Both the position numbers and the translations under genes were made by a program. A model generated the notes under the pieces. That model was not told the DNA's origin and made no database searches. It saw nothing but the letters and a program-made list of their open reading frames with translations. Positions 46,767 to 51,223 of a stretch of DNA of 51,223 bases are shown piece by piece. Source of the DNA: a virus. Lineage: Duplodnaviria; Caudoviricetes. The first letter of the stretch is position 1; every line of letters starts with the position of its first letter. Location: the IMG/VR virus record IMGVR_UViG_3300021082_000492, positions 1-51,223 of that record. One strand, written 5' to 3'.

Positions 46767-47000
46767 ATGGCTAACGAAGATACCAATCAGGATACCGAGC
46801 GTGATCAGAAGATCAAAGAAGAATACGACGAGCTGATCCGCCGCGGCACCCACGACACCGCAAGCGCCACCAACGCGCTTTCGATCCAGTACAGACTCAG
46901 CTCGGAAAAGATCCACGCCATAGTGGGGCCGCAGCCGAAACCAGAAGAGGACAGAGACACCCATGCCTCTCAAGAAAGGCAAGTCCGCCGAGACGATTAG
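46767..47000 (+). CDS. Hypothetical protein
   Basis: AAGGAG RBS. Confidence 0.5.
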   Translation: MANEDTNQDTERDQKIKEEYDELIRRGTHDTASATNALSIQYRLSSEKIHAIVGPQPKPEEDRDTHASQERQVRRDD

Positions 47001-47103
47001 CTCAAACATTAGAAAGTTGCGCCACGAAGGCCGCCCGCAGAAGCAGGCGGTCGCGATCTCGATGCGGACCGCGGGCAAGGCAAAACCGCGGGGCAAGAAA
47101 TAG
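46963..47103 (+). CDS. Small basic phage protein (46 aa), absent from the ORF track
   Basis: MPLKKGKSAETISSNIRKLRHEGRPQKQAVAISMRTAGKAKPRGKK. Confidence 0.65.
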   Translation: MPLKKGKSAETISSNIRKLRHEGRPQKQAVAISMRTAGKAKPRGKK

Positions 47104-47177
47104 GTCTCGCGAGACCCTGCGCCGGGCAGGTTAGCGCAAAGTAAGGCGCCCCGGCACACTCCTGAGAGGAGGCGACC

Positions 47178-47354
47178 ATGGGTGCGAATATCTGGTTTTG
47201 GCTACTCTTTGTTATCACGCTGGTCTTCGGAATCTGGGGCATGAATCCGTGGCGACCAGCCAATCAACCGTGGGCACCGTTTGGTGGCTGGCTGATCCTG
47301 TTCATTCTAATCGGCATCCTCGGCTGGGGAGTATTCGGCTCCCCAATACGATAG
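47178..47354 (+). CDS. Small two-TM protein, holin candidate (58 aa), absent from the ORF track
   Basis: GAGGAGG RBS; MGANIWFWLLFVITLVFGIWG...GWLILFILIGILGWGVFGSPIR. Confidence 0.6.
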   Translation: MGANIWFWLLFVITLVFGIWGMNPWRPANQPWAPFGGWLILFILIGILGWGVFGSPIR

Positions 47355-47432
47355 AGCAGGCGGCCGCTATCGATCGCCGCCGATCTCGGTGCCCGAGCTG
47401 CCGCCCACCCCAGACATCATGGTTCCGAAGCG

Positions 47433-47687
47433 ATGAGCCACGCCCTTGCAATCCTGGGCGTGGTTTTTTGTGTCGGCAGCGCGCAGGCCGGCGAAAGCCA
47501 CAGCCTCTACGATGTCAACGGAAACTACGCTGGCAGCCTGGTGACTGCAGGCGGCAAGACGTCGTACTTCACACGCGAAGGTTGGTTAATTCGAAAAGAT
47601 GACGTGAAGAGCGAGCGTCACGCGGGGGCACGGGGCTTACGCTCTTCACGATCGAGCCGCCCTTATCGACGGCCTCGAACTCGTTAA
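47433..47687 (+). CDS. Putative secreted small protein
   Basis: Signal-peptide-like N-terminus; YD..GNYAGS. Confidence 0.4.
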   Translation: MSHALAILGVVFCVGSAQAGESHSLYDVNGNYAGSLVTAGGKTSYFTREGWLIRKDDVKSERHAGARGLRSSRSSRPYRRPRTR

Positions 47688-47842
47688 CGATTTTCGTTGG
47701 GGTTCGGCCGCGGCGGCTGCGGGCCACCCGGCTGATGATCCTTATTCGGATCGTTTTCCTTGTCCGGATTCGGCTCCGGCATCGGCTGCGGTTGGCGCGG
47801 CGGCGTCGGATTGGGGTTGTTTTGCGGATTCGTCGGCATCAT
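47684..47842 (-). CDS. Small Pro/Asn-rich protein
   Basis: GGAGG RBS; PNP repeats. Confidence 0.45.
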   Translation of the reverse strand: MMPTNPQNNPNPTPPRQPQPMPEPNPDKENDPNKDHQPGGPQPPRPNPNENR

Positions 47843-47915
47843 GTGCCTCCTGTTGCAGAGTGACAATTCCGCAACAGCCGGCAAGTTCCAGGAGGCCCAA
47901 ATGGCCACTGATTTC

Positions 47916-48185
47916 CTAGCGATTTGCTTTCAGGTCGGGATGTTCGCGTTGACCTTCGGACTGATGCTCGCCGGCTACGCCTGGCTGGTGACGTGACGAA
48001 AGCTCCGGCCGCAGGATAGGGTCGCAGACCGCGTTGATCTCCGAGTTGTAGTGCGCCGGGTTGTCGTTGATGCCGTCGATGCGCTGGATGGCGGCGAACA
48101 GCTTCTCAATTTCGGCTTGTGCCTCTTTATATTTCTCATGCCATCGCTGGGCGCTCGCCCAACACTCGCTCTCTGCTTCGGTCAC
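47916..48185 (-). CDS. Small coiled-coil protein (junction chain)
   Basis: GTGA overlap with the upstream EPKP stop. Confidence 0.55.
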   Translation of the reverse strand: MTEAESECWASAQRWHEKYKEAQAEIEKLFAAIQRIDGINDNPAHYNSEINAVCDPILRPELSSRHQPGVAGEHQSEGQREHPDLKANR

Positions 48186-48340
48186 GGCTTGGGCTCCAGG
48201 GCGCGGTTAGCGATGTGCCACGCTTCGGTGCTTGTCCCGACAACGGAACGGATTTTTATCAGCTCCGTCCGCAGCCGATCGTTGTCGGCTTCCAGCTTCT
48301 CGCATTTATCCAACAGTCTCCCGTATGCTCGCTCGCTCAC
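48182..48340 (-). CDS. 52-aa protein ending RALEPKP (absent from the ORF track)
   Basis: MSERAYGRLLDKCEKLEADNDRLR...ANRALEPKP. Confidence 0.6.
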   Translation of the reverse strand: MSERAYGRLLDKCEKLEADNDRLRTELIKIRSVVGTSTEAWHIANRALEPKP

Positions 48341-48645
48341 GGCTTTGGCTCCACGGCGCGGCGGCCATTAGCAATGGCCTGCGCGATGTCGTGAACTAAC
48401 TCGTCCCAGCCCTCTATATCTGTCCAGCCGAATTGCTGGCCAAGATGCCGTGCGTCATCCATATCTCGCCTTGTGACCAGCGTAGACTGTAGTCGCTCTG
48501 TCTCGGCCTGTGCCCTCTCCGCGCGCTGCAGATGGGCATTGCGGTCCATCGCAAGTCGCTCGATCTCGATGGCGGCGTCCCGCCGAACATCGTGGTATTC
48601 GTCCATGTCGTCGGGGTCTAACAGCCGTTTAACGATGTCGGTCAC
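48337..48645 (-). CDS. Small coiled-coil protein MTDIVKRL...EPKP
   Basis: MTDIV.RL...AA.EIERL pattern. Confidence 0.65.
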   Translation of the reverse strand: MTDIVKRLLDPDDMDEYHDVRRDAAIEIERLAMDRNAHLQRAERAQAETERLQSTLVTRRDMDDARHLGQQFGWTDIEGWDELVHDIAQAIANGRRAVEPKP

Positions 48646-48848
48646 GGCTTGGGCTCCGCGCGGCGCTTTGGTTTATGCCACGGCCGCAATAGCCGGATGC
48701 GCGTAGCTGGGACAACATCCCGCATCTCGCCGGAATGACGATTGCGCTGATGGAGAAACATCCCATCGTCGTCTACCGTCTCCCAGCCAAGACCGAGCAA
48801 AGCTAACATTAGCCCCCACCACTTCGGCCGCTCGACGATGTCGGTCAT
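48642..48848 (-). CDS. Small protein MTDIVER...EPKP
   Basis: ATGA overlap. Confidence 0.55.
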   Translation of the reverse strand: MTDIVERPKWWGLMLALLGLGWETVDDDGMFLHQRNRHSGEMRDVVPATRIRLLRPWHKPKRRAEPKP

Positions 48849-48979
48849 AGCTTGGGCTCCCGGGCGCGGCGGGCCATCTGAAGACCGGCGCGAATGCCGA
48901 AGCAAACAAGCGCAAGCTCTTTGGTGCGCGCCTCTTCCATTGCCTTTGTCCAAAATGCAATCTCTTCATCGAGGCTCAT
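48845..48979 (-). CDS. 44-aa protein ending RAREPKL (absent from the ORF track)
   Basis: MSLDEEIAFWTKAMEEART...; coupled at both ends. Confidence 0.55.
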   Translation of the reverse strand: MSLDEEIAFWTKAMEEARTKELALVCFGIRAGLQMARRAREPKL

Positions 48980-49332
48980 GGCTTTGGCTCCAGTGCGCGG
49001 CAGACCTCGGCTGTGATCGCATTGTATTCCTCAAGCGAGAGGCCGGACCCTTCGAAACTTCGTGCGGTTGCGTAAACCCAGCGCCGCAGTCGCTCGTTAT
49101 CAGAACGCAGCTGGCCGACTCCGGCCAGCAGATCGGGCAACAGGAAACCGATGTCGGTCACGCCGGTTGTTTTTCCGGCACCTTCACCAGCTCCGGTGTT
49201 GGCTCGCTCATTCTCGTGGCGTAGCTCCGCGATGGTTTTGATGTGGCGATCGGCTTCAGCCAACAGCTCCCGAAAACCCTTACAGGGCTCGGCGCCGTCC
49301 GGCATCATGCAATCAGGAAGATGTGGCGTCAT
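48976..49332 (-). CDS. Hypothetical protein ending RALEPKP
   Basis: Start MTPHLPDCMMPDG by ATGA overlap. Confidence 0.6.
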   Translation of the reverse strand: MTPHLPDCMMPDGAEPCKGFRELLAEADRHIKTIAELRHENERANTGAGEGAGKTTGVTDIGFLLPDLLAGVGQLRSDNERLRRWVYATARSFEGSGLSLEEYNAITAEVCRALEPKP

Positions 49333-49598
49333 GCGTGCCCCGTCAGATCCGGCTGGCCCTCGAATCGCTTGAGCTGCTCCTTGAGCATGGCCACGACGTC
49401 GCCGCGGTTCGCATTGCTGATGTAGTTGCAGCGGCCACCGTGGTCCTCGAACGGAAACACCATCAGCACGAACCCGGTGTGCTTTGGCCGATCTGGGCCA
49501 TTGAAGAATCCGTCGAGCTTCTTCGCCAGCTCGTTCATCATGTCGCGGTGCTTCAGCTCGATCGGCGCGTCGCCTAACGTATGTTTCTGGGTGGTCAT
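49329..49598 (-). CDS. Hypothetical phage protein
   Basis: GFVLMVFPF....RCNYISNA.R.D. Confidence 0.65.
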   Translation of the reverse strand: MTTQKHTLGDAPIELKHRDMMNELAKKLDGFFNGPDRPKHTGFVLMVFPFEDHGGRCNYISNANRGDVVAMLKEQLKRFEGQPDLTGHA

Positions 49599-49864
49599 GA
49601 TTTATTCTCCAGCAGAAAACGAAGTCGTTCGATCTCGATCCGATCATATTTACGAAGCTCTCGGCAGGTTTCGACTTGCTCTTTCAGGCGTGCGATCTCG
49701 GACCGCAGTAGCACGGCATCGGCACGAACATCTGCCAACTCCTCCTCTAGCCGCTCGATCTTGGCCTCGTTCTCAATTCGCTCTGAGACTAAACAACTGT
49801 TCTCCTCGCGCAGTCGCTCGATCTCGGTTTCCAACTTGTACTGCTTGATCTCGTTATGAGTCAT
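49595..49864 (-). CDS. Coiled-coil protein with EIERL repeats
   Basis: Heptad pattern; ends LENKS. Confidence 0.6.
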   Translation of the reverse strand: MTHNEIKQYKLETEIERLREENSCLVSERIENEAKIERLEEELADVRADAVLLRSEIARLKEQVETCRELRKYDRIEIERLRFLLENKS

Positions 49865-50022
49865 GGCTTGTGTTCCAAGACGCGGTCGATATCATCCACC
49901 AGTCCGGTTGCTCCTGCATCCCGTACATGAGAGCGAGCCTCCTTAAGCAGCGCCGTCAGCTGCTCAATCTTAGCCCGCAAATCGACGACATGTCCGAGTA
50001 CGGCTCGTAGTTCGTCGGTCAT
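49861..50022 (-). CDS. Small protein ending VLEHKP
   Basis: ATGA overlap. Confidence 0.55.
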   Translation of the reverse strand: MTDELRAVLGHVVDLRAKIEQLTALLKEARSHVRDAGATGLVDDIDRVLEHKP

Positions 50023-50306
50023 GACTTGGCCTCTAGCGCGTCGCGCGCGATCTTGCCGACGCCTTCGATAACGTGGCGCATGGCATGGGCGCTGATCGCG
50101 TCGAGGGTCATGCCACCGGCTTCCAACAATTCGCGGGCACGCTTCAGATCCGGCTCCGGAAATATCTCCAGCGGGTAAGCACGGCTCCATTGCTCGATCT
50201 GCTCTAACGCCGCCTCTAGCCACTCGATCCTGTCGGCCTTGGTCGGTCGTGATTTGCGCGGCGCCATCCTCTTCCGGTCGGTCGGTTTAAAATCGTCTCC
50301 GGTCAT
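50019..50306 (-). CDS. Hypothetical protein ending ALEAKS
   Basis: GAGGAGG RBS; W..AYP..IFPEPD motif. Confidence 0.6.
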   Translation of the reverse strand: MTGDDFKPTDRKRMAPRKSRPTKADRIEWLEAALEQIEQWSRAYPLEIFPEPDLKRARELLEAGGMTLDAISAHAMRHVIEGVGKIARDALEAKS

Positions 50307-50404
50307 AAAACCTCCTCGGGGCGTACCGTGAACGGGGTCAGCACAATGTATTAGCGAGGTTAAGTTCACGGAATGTCCATCGAAAAGGTTAACGATAGCC
50401 CTGG

Positions 50405-50698
50405 CTACAAGCCGGGGCTTTTTGTTTCTGCCAGCCATTCGACCGAGCGGCGGACCACGCGGTCAACGGCCGCGGGCACGGCAGGGCCGTTCATCACCAC
50501 CTCAATGGCGCAGTCGCCAGCCTCGCAGTCCGGATGTACCGCAGTCAGGCTGGCGTGCCCGGTAGTCAACTCCTCGCATTCGTAGCAACCGCCGGCAGCA
50601 ATGAACTGCTCGGCCAACTGCTCGATCTCGGGCGGTCGCTCGACCTCGACAGGGCGGCGCTCACTGTCCGGGCGCAAATACTGTGTGAACGGAATCAT
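50405..50698 (-). CDS. Hypothetical protein
   Basis: MIPFTQYLRP start; TGATG coupling. Confidence 0.55.
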   Translation of the reverse strand: MIPFTQYLRPDSERRPVEVERPPEIEQLAEQFIAAGGCYECEELTTGHASLTAVHPDCEAGDCAIEVVMNGPAVPAAVDRVVRRSVEWLAETKSPGL

Positions 50699-51012
50699 CA
50701 ATCCATCCTGCAGACTTCGAAGCTCCGATCCGGCTGAATGATCGCCACCCAATCGTGCGGGTAAAGCAGGATCAGCTCGCTCCGCAGCTGAGTCTTCGCT
50801 AGCGGCCGCATCGGCGGGTCGCCGGGGTAAGACAGCGAGTTGTCACCGTGCAGCGTGAATCCCGGCATCGGATCCCAGCCGCCGCCGTGCTGATAGCCGC
50901 TGTCGAACTGCTCGCGCGCCGGCCGCTGGTCGAACGCGCTGAGCATGTGGGGCAAATACGGCCCAAGATTTCTGAGATCGTACTGCCGATCCAATGAGAC
51001 CCAGGTCATCAT
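50698..51012 (-). CDS. Hypothetical protein
   Basis: Coupled ORF. Confidence 0.6.
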   Translation of the reverse strand: MMTWVSLDRQYDLRNLGPYLPHMLSAFDQRPAREQFDSGYQHGGGWDPMPGFTLHGDNSLSYPGDPPMRPLAKTQLRSELILLYPHDWVAIIQPDRSFEVCRMD

Positions 51013-51197
51013 GAGCAGCTCGTCTTGACCACGGAGCCGGAACGATAGCTCCGGCAGTTGGTATTGAGGGCCCGCGGGTTGCTAGTGTTGGAGCAGACCG
51101 TGCGGGTTTCGTTACCGCTTTTGTAGGTCCGGCAATCCTGGCCGGCGTAGGCCAGGCTCGGAGCTGATACGGCGAGAACTAGGAGAAGAGTTTTCAT
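51009..51197 (-). CDS. Small secreted Cys-repeat protein
   Basis: Signal peptide; duplicated CR.Y.SG....T.CS. Confidence 0.6.
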   Translation of the reverse strand: MKTLLLVLAVSAPSLAYAGQDCRTYKSGNETRTVCSNTSNPRALNTNCRSYRSGSVVKTSCS

Positions 51198-51223
51198 GGA
51201 GGCGTTCCTTTTTCATTCGTAGT

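Noticed and set aside
1-51223. tRNA/rRNA genes, integrase, repressor, prophage boundaries
   Set aside because: None recognised; lifestyle cannot be determined because the genome continues beyond the window

Overview
The window is most of the genome of a high-GC tailed phage with a contractile-type tail, probably infecting Alphaproteobacteria (Rhizobiales). No integrase, tRNA or host genes were seen. From left to right it holds: the 3' part of a RepA/AAA_25 helicase and a candidate iteron origin; a NusG/RfaH-like gene; two 17-bp tandem arrays; and a minus-strand region (about 2.8-8.15 kb) of small genes separated by near-identical terminator-promoter-hairpin-RBS modules. Next come TerS, a PBSX-type TerL, HK97-type portal, protease and capsid, Cys-rich head, neck, sheath and baseplate genes reminiscent of Agrobacterium phages Milano and 7-7-1, an embedded multidomain endolysin, a Mu-like tail and baseplate, and at least six fibre/adhesin genes. 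The window ends with a minus-strand chain of tiny genes joined by a conserved 'EPKP-stop/start' junction. The most interesting signals are the modular expression-cassette array, a covarying WUGAAG-loop RNA hairpin just upstream of the Shine-Dalgarno sequence in at least 8 leaders, and the repeated gene-junction motif. All family assignments come from motif recognition and synteny; no searches were run.
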